Below, in pieces: positions 1 to 7,988 of a DNA stretch of 64,000 nucleotides (the first letter of the stretch is position 1; each line of letters opens with the position of its first letter). Source of the stretch: a virus; IMG/VR virus record IMGVR_UViG_3300021091_000020, positions 1 to 64,000 of that record; one strand, written 5' to 3'. Both the position numbers and the translations under genes were made by a program. Under the pieces are notes generated by a model. It had not been told where the DNA came from. It did no database searches and saw nothing but the letters and a program-made list of their open reading frames with translations.

Positions 1-449
1 TGAATAAATTATTGTTGATACCGTTGTTCCTTTACACCGTTGGTTGTCAGTTATCACAATCGGATGCCATCCCAATTGAACCAGTCAAAGTTGTTCATGT
101 AGGTAAGCCGTTTGTTTTTACAAGGGTAGTAAAAAGACTGGTGACCAACGGCGTATCAACAATCCGTTACAAGTCTCCTGATGGTATTCACATCAACGGT
201 GATGTTGTTTGTGATATTACAGTTAGGTTTATACACAATAGAAATAACAAGTATGCCATCCGAGTAAATGGTAAACCGATTGGTTCACTACCTTATACCA
301 ATCAACCGCACAGAATACATAAACAATTTTATACATACCGTTACCAATTCCGTGATGCAGTTTACTATGAGTTTGAGATAGTAAATGCAGATGGTAAAGG
401 AATGAACAACTTGTTTATAGATAGTATAAGAATAGAAAGATATAAATAA
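1..449 (+). CDS. Putative lipoprotein, hypothetical (5' end probably 1 nt outside the window)
   Basis: The frame is open back to the window edge: (a)tg aat aaa tta ttg reads MNKLLLIPLFLYTVGC, a hydrophobic signal with a lipobox-like VGC. Confidence 0.6.
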   Translation, partial: NKLLLIPLFLYTVGCQLSQSDAIPIEPVKVVHVGKPFVFTRVVKRLVTNGVSTIRYKSPDGIHINGDVVCDITVRFIHNRNNKYAIRVNGKPIGSLPYTNQPHRIHKQFYTYRYQFRDAVYYEFEIVNADGKGMNNLFIDSIRIERYK

Positions 450-454
450 CAAAT

Positions 455-805
455 GGGGGCGAATAGGTCTCGACTGGTCATTGATAAAACAAATGGAGCA
501 TACCGAGCTACGCTGGTGGAGCTCGTTAATACAACTGGCGAACTGATAAGTGGCAACACTACATCTTACGCAATGGCCGCTTGAGCCATGCCGTCCACCT
601 AAAACCACAACCCTCTGGGTTTAGTATGGGCGTTGCAAATTAGGGTTATATCATACTGATGAAACTGTGGTATGATGAAATTTAGTTTCTCGTAGTGAGG
701 AGGATTGTCTATGTTCCAATTCACTATTAAACTTAAACATTGACTATGTATGTAGTGCCTTTGGTTTATATGGGCAGGACTCGGGTTCGACTCCCGGCGC
801 CTCCA
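455..805 (+). ncRNA. ssrA: tmRNA (transfer-messenger RNA)
   Basis: 5' GGGGGCG (455-461) pairs with CGCCTCC (798-804), with a G3.U alanine-identity pair and discriminator A805. T-arm TCGGG-TTCGACT-CCCGG. Internal tag frame 552-584 encodes GNTTSYAMAA*. CCA is not encoded. Confidence 0.95.
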
Positions 806-810
806 CAAAA

Positions 811-844
811 TGCTTTGATCTGAAGCATCGAATACTTATATTTG
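811..844 (+). promoter_or_regulatory. Bacteroidota-type primary-sigma promoter (-33 TTTG / -7 TAnnTTTG)
   Basis: TTTG 814-817, 19-nt spacer, TATATTTG 837-844. Same TGCTTTGATC context as the four copies in the early region. Confidence 0.8.
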
Positions 845-869
845 TTGTGTAATATAATTGGAGACACCG

Positions 870-1769
870 ATGAAGTTTTGGGAAGAAGTAGATACTACAA
901 ACAAGTATAAAGAATTATTTGAAAGGAACCTGGAAAGATTTCCGAAGCGTATTGATGAAACGGGAAACATTGTGGACGATACATCTATGATTGGTAGATT
1001 AGGATTTTTACCGTCAAGTCTTTGGAAGCCAGACTCCACCATAACAAAAGAACTCAAAAGAATAATAAACGATACAGCACAAGTTAGACCATCATTGAAC
1101 TCAAACCGTAGTGATAGAAGGCATGGAGTAAATGATGGGAAGGCAAGTGTATTCAATCCACACCTAACTCAAATGATAATTTCAGCATACTGTCCGCTTC
1201 AGGGTAGAATATATGATCCGTTTGGTGGTGGTGGAACGCGTGGATATATGGCTACTAAAATGGGGCACAAATATCATGGAGTAGAAATCCGAGAAGAAGA
1301 AGTAGAAAGAATAAAGGGAGAAATGAAAACTTGGGGAATAGAGTTTGATATGGTTCTCGGTGATAGTTCAGAATACAAACCAAAGGAAACATTCAACTTT
1401 GCATTGACTTGTCCGCCTTATTATGATTTAGAACTATATTCCAACATGGAAGAAGATTTAAGTAATGCAGCTTCATACGAAGAATTTTTGGGTATGTATA
1501 AAAAAGTTATCCAGAATGTGTATGATTGTCTTGAACCAAATTCATTTGCAGTATTCGTGGTTGGTAATTTCCGAGACGAGAGTGGTGAGTTAATTCACTT
1601 CAATGGTGACACCATCCGTATTGCAAAGGAAGTTGGTTTTATTCTATGGGATGAAATTATATGGCAAGGTGCTTCAAATGTTGCACTCACTCGTTGTGGT
1701 AAGTTTGAAGTAAATAGAAAGTCTGTTCGTATGCATGAATATGTTGTAATACTAAAAAAGGTTTCTTAA
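870..1769 (+). CDS. DNA amino-methyltransferase (N6-A/N4-C)
   Basis: Motif I YDPFGGGGTRG and motif IV LTCPPYY. Start placed at ATG 870 (GGAG upstream) rather than TTG 858. Confidence 0.85.
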   Translation: MKFWEEVDTTNKYKELFERNLERFPKRIDETGNIVDDTSMIGRLGFLPSSLWKPDSTITKELKRIINDTAQVRPSLNSNRSDRRHGVNDGKASVFNPHLTQMIISAYCPLQGRIYDPFGGGGTRGYMATKMGHKYHGVEIREEEVERIKGEMKTWGIEFDMVLGDSSEYKPKETFNFALTCPPYYDLELYSNMEEDLSNAASYEEFLGMYKKVIQNVYDCLEPNSFAVFVVGNFRDESGELIHFNGDTIRIAKEVGFILWDEIIWQGASNVALTRCGKFEVNRKSVRMHEYVVILKKVS

Positions 1770-1770
1770 T

Positions 1771-2454
1771 ATGCGGATAAACAAATACCTAAAAGAAAAA
1801 CTGACACCACTCATAGATGAAATAAGTGTGTCTATGACTGATAGTTTACAATTAAAGATTTTCGGAATAGAAGATGATAGTAAACAATCTATACTGATTC
1901 AAATGGGTAATGTTTGGGAAACATTTTGGAACACCGTCTTTTCGGAGTATGCAACGAATCTATTAGAGAATGGAAACCTGATAAAGGTAGATGGTAAGAA
2001 TAGACAGATAGACCATTTATTTTCAAGTAAACAAAACGGTGACATTCTTTATTACTTTGAATCAAAATGTAACCTAAACTTTGACTCCGAAAAAACACCG
2101 GCATCAAATAGAAAGGTAATGGAAGTATCGGAAACGATAGAGAAGGAAAATCCTAACAAGAAAACACTACATGGTTATTTCATACCATGTGTGATTGATG
2201 TTTCACCAGAAATGGTAAAGAGATATAAACATATAAAACTATATGGTGTTCGTGATCTTTTATCAATCATTGATGGCTTACCGTTTACTCTAAAAGAATT
2301 TGAATACTATTTACAAACCGAAGGTAGAAAGACATTCTATAAAAAATATAGATGGTTTTGGGAAACAAATGAAGGCAAACAGGAACTGATTGACTTCTTG
2401 GAAAAGAAGGGATATACTGTTTCAAAGAAGAAGAAACCAAAGATTAAGACATGA
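1771..2454 (+). CDS. Putative PD-(D/E)xK restriction endonuclease
   Basis: Spacing of GNVWE...QIDHLF...YFESK fits an E..D..ExK active site. The gene lies between two MTase genes. Confidence 0.6.
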   Translation: MRINKYLKEKLTPLIDEISVSMTDSLQLKIFGIEDDSKQSILIQMGNVWETFWNTVFSEYATNLLENGNLIKVDGKNRQIDHLFSSKQNGDILYYFESKCNLNFDSEKTPASNRKVMEVSETIEKENPNKKTLHGYFIPCVIDVSPEMVKRYKHIKLYGVRDLLSIIDGLPFTLKEFEYYLQTEGRKTFYKKYRWFWETNEGKQELIDFLEKKGYTVSKKKKPKIKT

Positions 2455-2465
2455 CAAAATGTCAT
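2449..2465. repeat. 17-bp palindromic element ACATGACAAAATGTCAT, copy 1
   Basis: Identical to 3607-3623. Core ATGACA-AAA-TGTCAT inverted repeat. Confidence 0.7.
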
Positions 2466-2467
2466 GT

Positions 2468-3346
2468 ATGATTTTGGAAATACCGAGAAAAGTTTTGGCA
2501 AGAACATTAAAAGATATATTCACTGTTCCACCAATATCCGTGCTTGACGTAAAGCAGAAGTATTGGAAAGACCGGCGCAAGTATTGGTTGAGTATGGGTA
2601 TTCAATCAGAATTAGGGCGTGAAGAAAATCTACTTTCCCTTTCAGAATTATTACAACTGAAACAAAAGTCCACATCCATATTTGATCCTGTATTATGTGA
2701 AGTTATGTATAGATGGTTCACTGGCGAAGGTGACACCATATTTGATCCATTTGCAGGTGGCTCTGTTAGAGGAATTGTTGCATCCAAAACAAATCGTAAC
2801 TACATTGGAACAGACATAAGAGAAGAACAAGTATTATCAAACACAGAACAATCAAAACAACTATGTGATAATTACATACCAGAATGGATATGTTCAGATG
2901 CTTTGGATTGGGATGGTGGTGAGTATGATTTTCTTTTTACTTGTCCGCCATATTATTCCCTTGAAGTTTATTCAGAGTTGGAAACAGATTTGTCCACAAT
3001 GACGGATGAACAGTTTGAAAAAACATATGATGCCATCCTAACTAAACATTTAACACAATTAAGGAATAATCGCTTCTGTGCAATAATCATTGGTGACACA
3101 AGAGACGATAAAGGAATGTATAGAAAGTTTACAAATAAAACTATTGATATATTTGAAAAGAACGGTTGTGGTTTATACAATGACTTAATTCTATTACAAG
3201 AACCAGCAACCGCTGCTATGAGGGCATTCAAGTATATGAACAGTAGTAGAAAGATAGCCAAGTGTCACCAGAATGTTTTAGTATTCGTTAAGGGTGATCC
3301 TAAATTGGCTACTGAAAGATTAAAACCATTCGAGGACATAACATGA
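2468..3346 (+). CDS. DNA amino-methyltransferase (N6-A/N4-C), paralog of 870-1769
   Basis: FDPFAGGSVRG and FTCPPYY motifs. Start moved downstream of the nuclease stop (ATG 2459 or 2468). Confidence 0.85.
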   Translation: MILEIPRKVLARTLKDIFTVPPISVLDVKQKYWKDRRKYWLSMGIQSELGREENLLSLSELLQLKQKSTSIFDPVLCEVMYRWFTGEGDTIFDPFAGGSVRGIVASKTNRNYIGTDIREEQVLSNTEQSKQLCDNYIPEWICSDALDWDGGEYDFLFTCPPYYSLEVYSELETDLSTMTDEQFEKTYDAILTKHLTQLRNNRFCAIIIGDTRDDKGMYRKFTNKTIDIFEKNGCGLYNDLILLQEPATAAMRAFKYMNSSRKIAKCHQNVLVFVKGDPKLATERLKPFEDIT

Positions 3347-3579
3347 CAACAGAAGTTACAATACACGAAGGTCTGAAATTGTGTGTCCATGATTACATTC
3401 AATGTATATGGGAAAACTCAAACAATTTCCGTAGGACATGGAAACTCATTCATATATCCGATATGAATTACTATTTCAGAGATACCGGCGATGGTTCCGT
3501 TGGTATTATGAACCGTGACAAATTTCATTCACAGATTGATACCGGCTACTATGGCATCATTCCGTCAGATAGAAGTTGA
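3343..3579 (+). CDS. Hypothetical protein
   Basis: Start overlaps the MTase stop (ATGA); 78 aa. Confidence 0.6.
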   Translation: MTTEVTIHEGLKLCVHDYIQCIWENSNNFRRTWKLIHISDMNYYFRDTGDGSVGIMNRDKFHSQIDTGYYGIIPSDRS

Positions 3580-3606
3580 TACATGAACTATAAGAAGATA
3601 TATGAT

Positions 3607-3623
3607 ACATGACAAAATGTCAT
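3607..3623. repeat. 17-bp palindromic element, copy 2
   Basis: Identical to 2449-2465. Confidence 0.7.
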
Positions 3624-3629
3624 AGCACT

Positions 3630-3967
3630 TAACTCCTTAAAAATCAACCACTTACGAACACTCCTAACTCCTTTATTTTCAAGGGGTTATACATATTTAT
3701 ATTTAGTCTAAATATAAATTTTACCTACCGAAAATAATGCTTTGATCTTTCATGCCAATGCCTTATATTTGTATTGTAAGTTAAGGTAAACAAATGAAAC
3801 AACTATTAAAATACTTCCCTCTGATGATAACCGTAGCCGTAACGGCTCTTGTTGTTTTTTCCTATCAAAAACACGAACTTCGTAACTTGTTGAGTATCAA
3901 CGACTTAAACATAAAACTCCGTGTCCTCCAATCAACTTCTCGTAAGTCATTGGTAGATAACGAGTTA
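3630..3967. repeat. Four 25-bp imperfect palindromes TAAST-nn-TT-N7-AA-nn-RSTTA
   Basis: Copies at 3630-3654, 3665-3689, 3883-3907 and 3943-3967, each exactly 25 bp from TAA to TTA. Confidence 0.7.
3738..3771 (+). promoter_or_regulatory. Early promoter, Bacteroidota-type
   Basis: TTTG 3741-3744, N19, TATATTTG 3764-3771. Confidence 0.85.
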
Positions 3968-4009
3968 GCGGAACAACTGGTAGAAGAAAAAAAATATGTA
4001 TCAAAGTAA
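3794..4009 (+). CDS. Hypothetical membrane-anchored protein (doubtful)
   Basis: AAGG RBS and an N-terminal hydrophobic segment. The ORF overlaps two of the palindromic elements. Confidence 0.45.
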   Translation: MKQLLKYFPLMITVAVTALVVFSYQKHELRNLLSINDLNIKLRVLQSTSRKSLVDNELAEQLVEEKKYVSK

Positions 4010-4014
4010 AATAA

Positions 4015-4048
4015 TGCTTTGATCTTTGATGTCAATGCCTTATATTTG
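4015..4048 (+). promoter_or_regulatory. Early promoter, Bacteroidota-type
   Basis: TTTG 4018-4021, N19, TATATTTG 4041-4048. Nearly identical to 3738-3771. Confidence 0.85.
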
Positions 4049-4085
4049 TATTGTAAGATAAACAATAACCACATAGGAAACAACC

Positions 4086-4298
4086 ATGACATCAACCTAT
4101 TATTATTGGAGCGTAACCGCAACCGGTGCAAAATACTGCGAGGACGGTCCCGTTCAAAAATCAACGAAGATTATTCAAGCCAGAAACAAAGATATGGCTA
4201 TCGAATTTATGAACACATATATTGCCCGCAAATTGAAATGGAAATTTCAGGCGGACATAACCGAAGATGATGTATTTTTACTTATGAAAGAAGGATGA
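4086..4298 (+). CDS. Hypothetical early protein
   Basis: Leader AGGAAACAACC-ATG directly after a promoter. Confidence 0.7.
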   Translation: MTSTYYYWSVTATGAKYCEDGPVQKSTKIIQARNKDMAIEFMNTYIARKLKWKFQADITEDDVFLLMKEG

Positions 4299-4308
4299 GG
4301 AAACAACT

Positions 4309-4575
4309 ATGGCAAAATCAACTGGCCTCAAAATAGGCGATAAAATTTTCTGGCGTAATAATGTGAAAAAAGACATAGGCGTTTTGTTTGCCATGTTTTG
4401 TCAGAACAGATGGATGTATGACTATGAATATAGTCTCGGTAAAAAAGATGTTGTCTTGACAATTACCGGTCTAACTCCGTCACTAATTGTTGCTATCAAT
4501 GACGATGGATATAACAGACGCCATACCTTTACCCGTAGAATGTTTAACTCTTGCCCAAATCTTTCAAAACTTTAA
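4309..4575 (+). CDS. Hypothetical early protein
   Basis: Leader GAGGAAACAACT-ATG; tight operon packing. Confidence 0.7.
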   Translation: MAKSTGLKIGDKIFWRNNVKKDIGVLFAMFCQNRWMYDYEYSLGKKDVVLTITGLTPSLIVAINDDGYNRRHTFTRRMFNSCPNLSKL

Positions 4576-4587
4576 TAGGAAACAATT

Positions 4588-4815
4588 ATGAAACTTCTCA
4601 AAATAGAAAAAGAAACCGGTGCTTTCAGTCTTTACCATGACACAGACTATATCAATATAGAATATATTGTAACCATAAACGAATACAAAATAGGCGAAAA
4701 AAAGTGGGGTAGTAAAATTCGCGTCAAAGGTGCAGAAAATACTTGGATATATGATGTAAGAACACCCGAAGAAATTGCAAAAGAAGTAGAACAAATGTTA
4801 ATTTATACTAGGTGA
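4588..4815 (+). CDS. Hypothetical early protein
   Basis: Leader AGGAAACAATT-ATG. Confidence 0.7.
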   Translation: MKLLKIEKETGAFSLYHDTDYINIEYIVTINEYKIGEKKWGSKIRVKGAENTWIYDVRTPEEIAKEVEQMLIYTR

Positions 4816-4820
4816 ATTGT

Positions 4821-4985
4821 ATGAAAAAATTTACAGAAACAGACAGATACCGTGAACTGAAAATGCTTTATGATGCAATGTGCTTTGCTGGGCAGTTTGG
4901 TGAAGCTCAAAAGGTATTTGACAGAACGGTGCAGGAACAAAAAGAATTTAATAACAAAGTAAAATTACAACAACAAGGACAATAA
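4821..4985 (+). CDS. Small hypothetical protein (54 aa, not in ORF track)
   Basis: Read manually as MKKFTETDRYRELKML...QQGQ*; fills a gap in the operon. Confidence 0.6.
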   Translation: MKKFTETDRYRELKMLYDAMCFAGQFGEAQKVFDRTVQEQKEFNNKVKLQQQGQ

Positions 4986-4986
4986 T

Positions 4987-5157
4987 ATGAGCACTTTTGA
5001 TGCAATTATGAATATCGAATGTAATGATGAATGCACAGAAGAACTGTATATCCAATCATTCCAAACTCTTATTGATAGTGGCGATGTTTGGACATTGCAA
5101 GGTTTCTATGGTAGAACTGCAATGGCATTGATTGAAGCCGGTTTGTGCACACGATAA
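4987..5157 (+). CDS. Small conserved phage protein (56 aa, not in ORF track)
   Basis: Read manually. The pattern FQTLIDSGDVWTLQGFYGRTAMALIEAG is recalled from phage early genes. Confidence 0.7.
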   Translation: MSTFDAIMNIECNDECTEELYIQSFQTLIDSGDVWTLQGFYGRTAMALIEAGLCTR

Positions 5158-5189
5158 TTTATTTTTTACTTTACCGAAAGGAAACTGTT

Positions 5190-5414
5190 ATGGAAATTGA
5201 TATGAACAAACATATATGGGAAGGTTGGACTGTGCAACAATTTGTAGATGAACTTGAACCCGCCTTCAATATGATAATGCGAGGTCAATCTTGGAAAAAC
5301 CCTTTCCAAACAAAAGAAGAATTAAAGGAATGGTGCAAATACGAACAACCATATTACAAGAAGCATATTCCAGGCGTCTATAATTACTTTCTCAAAAAAA
5401 CTAATTTGAAATAA
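5190..5414 (+). CDS. Conserved hypothetical phage protein
   Basis: AAGGAAAC RBS before MEIDMNKHIWEGWTV; contains ELKEWC..EQPYYKKHIP. Confidence 0.7.
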   Translation: MEIDMNKHIWEGWTVQQFVDELEPAFNMIMRGQSWKNPFQTKEELKEWCKYEQPYYKKHIPGVYNYFLKKTNLK

Positions 5415-5424
5415 GGAAACAACC

Positions 5425-5661
5425 ATGTTATATTCAAAAACAATCAACGATAAACTTGCAGATGCTTGGGGCGACTATTCAAAGCTCATCCGTGAACAGA
5501 GTGAGTGTATAAACACTAATAGACAAATGACCAAAAAACAATATCAAGACTTCACCAGACGAAAGGAAACCGTCTTATATCGTATTGCTTTGTATAGTGA
5601 CGCACTTGACCAGATGAAAATGGGTGAAGGTGTGCCAACCAAAAATCTTTTCGGTATCTAA
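5425..5661 (+). CDS. Hypothetical early protein
   Basis: Leader AAGGAAACAACC-ATG. Confidence 0.7.
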   Translation: MLYSKTINDKLADAWGDYSKLIREQSECINTNRQMTKKQYQDFTRRKETVLYRIALYSDALDQMKMGEGVPTKNLFGI

Positions 5662-5665
5662 ATAG

Positions 5666-5699
5666 TGCTTTGATCTTTCCCAAAAATGCCTTATATTTG
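5666..5699 (+). promoter_or_regulatory. Early promoter, Bacteroidota-type
   Basis: TTTG 5669-5672, N19, TATATTTG 5692-5699. Confidence 0.85.
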
Positions 5700-5732
5700 T
5701 AACATAATAAATAACCAACAAAGGAAACAACC

Positions 5733-6038
5733 ATGACGAAGAAACAGACGGCAAATGCAATGACAACCATCGAGAATTGTATTGGTGAATTGTCTTATGA
5801 TGAACTGGCAATTTTGCGTAGTATTGTGAACTCACGCATAGAATTTAAGCAACATGATAAGATGCTGACTATCAAAAACAAATTGCGTCCAGGTATGCCT
5901 TGCAAGGTAAACCACGCAAGAGTAGCCGGAAAGAAATTCACCGTTAAGAAAGTAAACAGAACAAAGGCGGTTCTAACTATGGAAGGAACAAAAGGAAACT
6001 GGACCGTTCCAATTTCACTAATTGAAATTATTAAATAA
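5733..6038 (+). CDS. Hypothetical protein with SH3/KOW-like C-terminus
   Basis: Same leader as neighbours; beta-rich LRPGMPCKV...KKVNRTKAVL...WTVPISLIE. Confidence 0.65.
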   Translation: MTKKQTANAMTTIENCIGELSYDELAILRSIVNSRIEFKQHDKMLTIKNKLRPGMPCKVNHARVAGKKFTVKKVNRTKAVLTMEGTKGNWTVPISLIEIIK

Positions 6039-6052
6039 TAAGGAAAACAACC

Positions 6053-6601
6053 ATGAGTAAAGAACAATTTTTTATCAATGCAAAATTGACCGTGCAAGGA
6101 TGTGTCTATGATTTCCAATTAGACTTGGAAGATGGGTGGGAACCCGAAGATCTAATAGATAGCATACAAGAACAATTTGATTGTGCTGTCCATGACGGCG
6201 ATATTGTATTGGCAGACTGGATTTCTGGCATACGTCCAGAGGACGTTGACCACATAGACATTACCGAAGACATGGTGGAATTTGATTTAAGCGAATTGCC
6301 TGATTTCTTGAATGGCGATTGGGATAAAATTTCAGAATTTGCAGAACACTACTATAGCAGTTATTATGATATAGATGTATTCGAGGCGGCAAGCAACCTT
6401 GGTATTCCATTCTCTGATGTAGATGAGGCGTATAATGGCGAACACCGTTCTGACGAGGAATTTGCTGAGAGTATATGTGCAGAGTTTGGGTATATTCCAA
6501 GGGACTTTCCAAGTTGGATTGCTATTGATTGGGAAGAAACTGCACGCTCAATTATGTATGACTACGAAGAAGATAACGGCCACTATTTCAGAAGATTTTA
6601 A
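6053..6601 (+). CDS. ardA: ArdA-like antirestriction (DNA-mimic) protein
   Basis: Extremely acidic. The C-terminus AYNGEH.SDEEFAE...IDWEETARSIMYDYEEDNGHYFR matches the ArdA C-terminal pattern. Confidence 0.75.
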   Translation: MSKEQFFINAKLTVQGCVYDFQLDLEDGWEPEDLIDSIQEQFDCAVHDGDIVLADWISGIRPEDVDHIDITEDMVEFDLSELPDFLNGDWDKISEFAEHYYSSYYDIDVFEAASNLGIPFSDVDEAYNGEHRSDEEFAESICAEFGYIPRDFPSWIAIDWEETARSIMYDYEEDNGHYFRRF

Positions 6602-6614
6602 TACGGAAACAACT

Positions 6615-6995
6615 ATGAACATAAAACCAAACACACCAGGAACACCAAGTCTCTTTCTAGCAATACATGAGCTTGCTCGTAAGAAACTACCAGAACTGGC
6701 AAAGAAGGTAGGTAACAATATCAATACAGACTGGACTATAAAATTTGGCAAAAAGTATGCAAAGATTACAAACGGTTATACCAGAAAAGACGGAATGAGA
6801 ACCGAATCCGTTTGGGGTTTCGTTGTCCTCAAAGAATGCACGGTAGATGGGATTGATTACAAACCCGGTGACTTGCTCAAAGCCGCTTCACACAAGGCAC
6901 CTGCAAAACACGCAAGAGGAAATATCATGGATGGCACAGCAGACTACGATATTTGGGGTCCAACTTATTTACCGAACAGGAGAACATCATGGTAG
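6615..6995 (+). CDS. Conserved hypothetical phage protein
   Basis: GKKYAKI...SVWGFV...GDLLKAAS.KAPAKHARGNI, a pattern common in phage early regions. Start placed after GGAAACAACT. Confidence 0.75.
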   Translation: MNIKPNTPGTPSLFLAIHELARKKLPELAKKVGNNINTDWTIKFGKKYAKITNGYTRKDGMRTESVWGFVVLKECTVDGIDYKPGDLLKAASHKAPAKHARGNIMDGTADYDIWGPTYLPNRRTSW

Positions 6996-7225
6996 GCAAA
7001 CCCGGCATCCGTGACCGCCGTTCACACCATGTAAAGCGTGGCACCAAATTCCAATGGTATTGCCCGAACCGTGGTAAGTGGATTGACTGCACGGTTACGG
7101 GAACCAACCGGGCTTGGGTTCGATATATTGAGAACCACAGAACCGGTGAAGCATTCAATGGTGAATTTAATTTCACCCGCAGAGACTTTAATCAATTTTC
7201 AAATATCAAAATTATTCAATGGTGA
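6989..7225 (+). CDS. Hypothetical protein
   Basis: AGGAG RBS; overlaps the previous stop. Confidence 0.6.
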   Translation: MVGKPGIRDRRSHHVKRGTKFQWYCPNRGKWIDCTVTGTNRAWVRYIENHRTGEAFNGEFNFTRRDFNQFSNIKIIQW

Positions 7226-7228
7226 ACT

Positions 7229-7474
7229 ATGTTGCTAGATGAAGAACAAGTAAATGATATATGTTGTAATGCTCTGATGAAGTTTCACGAAAGTCTGGAA
7301 GACTACCAACATTGGAAGGGTGTAGTGAATGGGTTTGAAAAAGACGGTTACTGTTATGAGGATTTCCGCCAACAGAAGTTACTAGCATACGAAAACCAAT
7401 TGTTGGCATTCGGTATGCTCAAAGCCCTAACCGAACAAACAGTTTCTTGCACACAAGATTATAGGTGGAACTGA
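7229..7474 (+). CDS. Hypothetical protein
   Basis: Tight operon packing. Confidence 0.6.
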   Translation: MLLDEEQVNDICCNALMKFHESLEDYQHWKGVVNGFEKDGYCYEDFRQQKLLAYENQLLAFGMLKALTEQTVSCTQDYRWN

Positions 7475-7689
7475 TGAACAACTATACTGCATATCAAGAG
7501 TGGATTGTTATTCTCGAAGGCGAGGATGGCAACATGGAAAGAATTGAAACATGGGAACAATCATCGGACATGGCCGTTGAGAGTGCTCTATACGAAACCA
7601 GTATGACCAGAATAAAGTCCGTGGATGCCATCCCAAAGGATGAATACCGTAAGTGGATGCGTCAGTTACAATGCCAACCGATAAGTTAA
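7474..7689 (+). CDS. Hypothetical protein
   Basis: TGATG stop/start overlap. Confidence 0.6.
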   Translation: MNNYTAYQEWIVILEGEDGNMERIETWEQSSDMAVESALYETSMTRIKSVDAIPKDEYRKWMRQLQCQPIS

Positions 7690-7693
7690 ATAG

Positions 7694-7727
7694 TGCTTTG
7701 CCGTTAGGCGAGAATGCCTTATATTTG
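7694..7727 (+). promoter_or_regulatory. Early promoter, Bacteroidota-type
   Basis: TTTG 7697-7700, N19, TATATTTG 7720-7727. Confidence 0.85.
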
Positions 7728-7762
7728 TATATCAATAAACAACTAACAAAAGGAATGACGAT

Positions 7763-7987
7763 ATGGATCAAGTCTATGTTCAAAAAGGTGAAGAATATAA
7801 CGGAAGATATATCCGTGAAGCCGAATGCCCACACTGCGGTAGCGATGATTGGCAAACTCTCGATCAAGGTATAGAAGATGACATATACTTCTATGAAATG
7901 GAATGTAACACCTGTGACGGTGAATGGGAAGACATTTACAGAATGACATTTTCAGCTATGCAAATAACCCCAAAGGAGACAGAATAA
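7763..7987 (+). CDS. Small acidic zinc-ribbon protein
   Basis: CPHCGS...CNTC; very acidic. Confidence 0.7.
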   Translation: MDQVYVQKGEEYNGRYIREAECPHCGSDDWQTLDQGIEDDIYFYEMECNTCDGEWEDIYRMTFSAMQITPKETE

Positions 7988-7988
7988 A

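Noticed and set aside
599-808. - strand ORF MWRRRESNPSP and other ORFs overlapping 288-808
   Set aside because: Antisense shadow of the tmRNA; WRRRESNP is the usual translation of a reversed T-arm.
455-3346. Prophage or island integrated at a chromosomal ssrA
   Set aside because: No integrase or duplicated tmRNA 3' end was seen, and the promoter after the tmRNA belongs to the phage's own repeat family.
3630-7735. Repeats considered as a CRISPR array
   Set aside because: Spacing is irregular, the copies are degenerate or match promoters, and no cas operon is present. The Cas4-like nuclease at 46797 is a stand-alone gene in the replication module.
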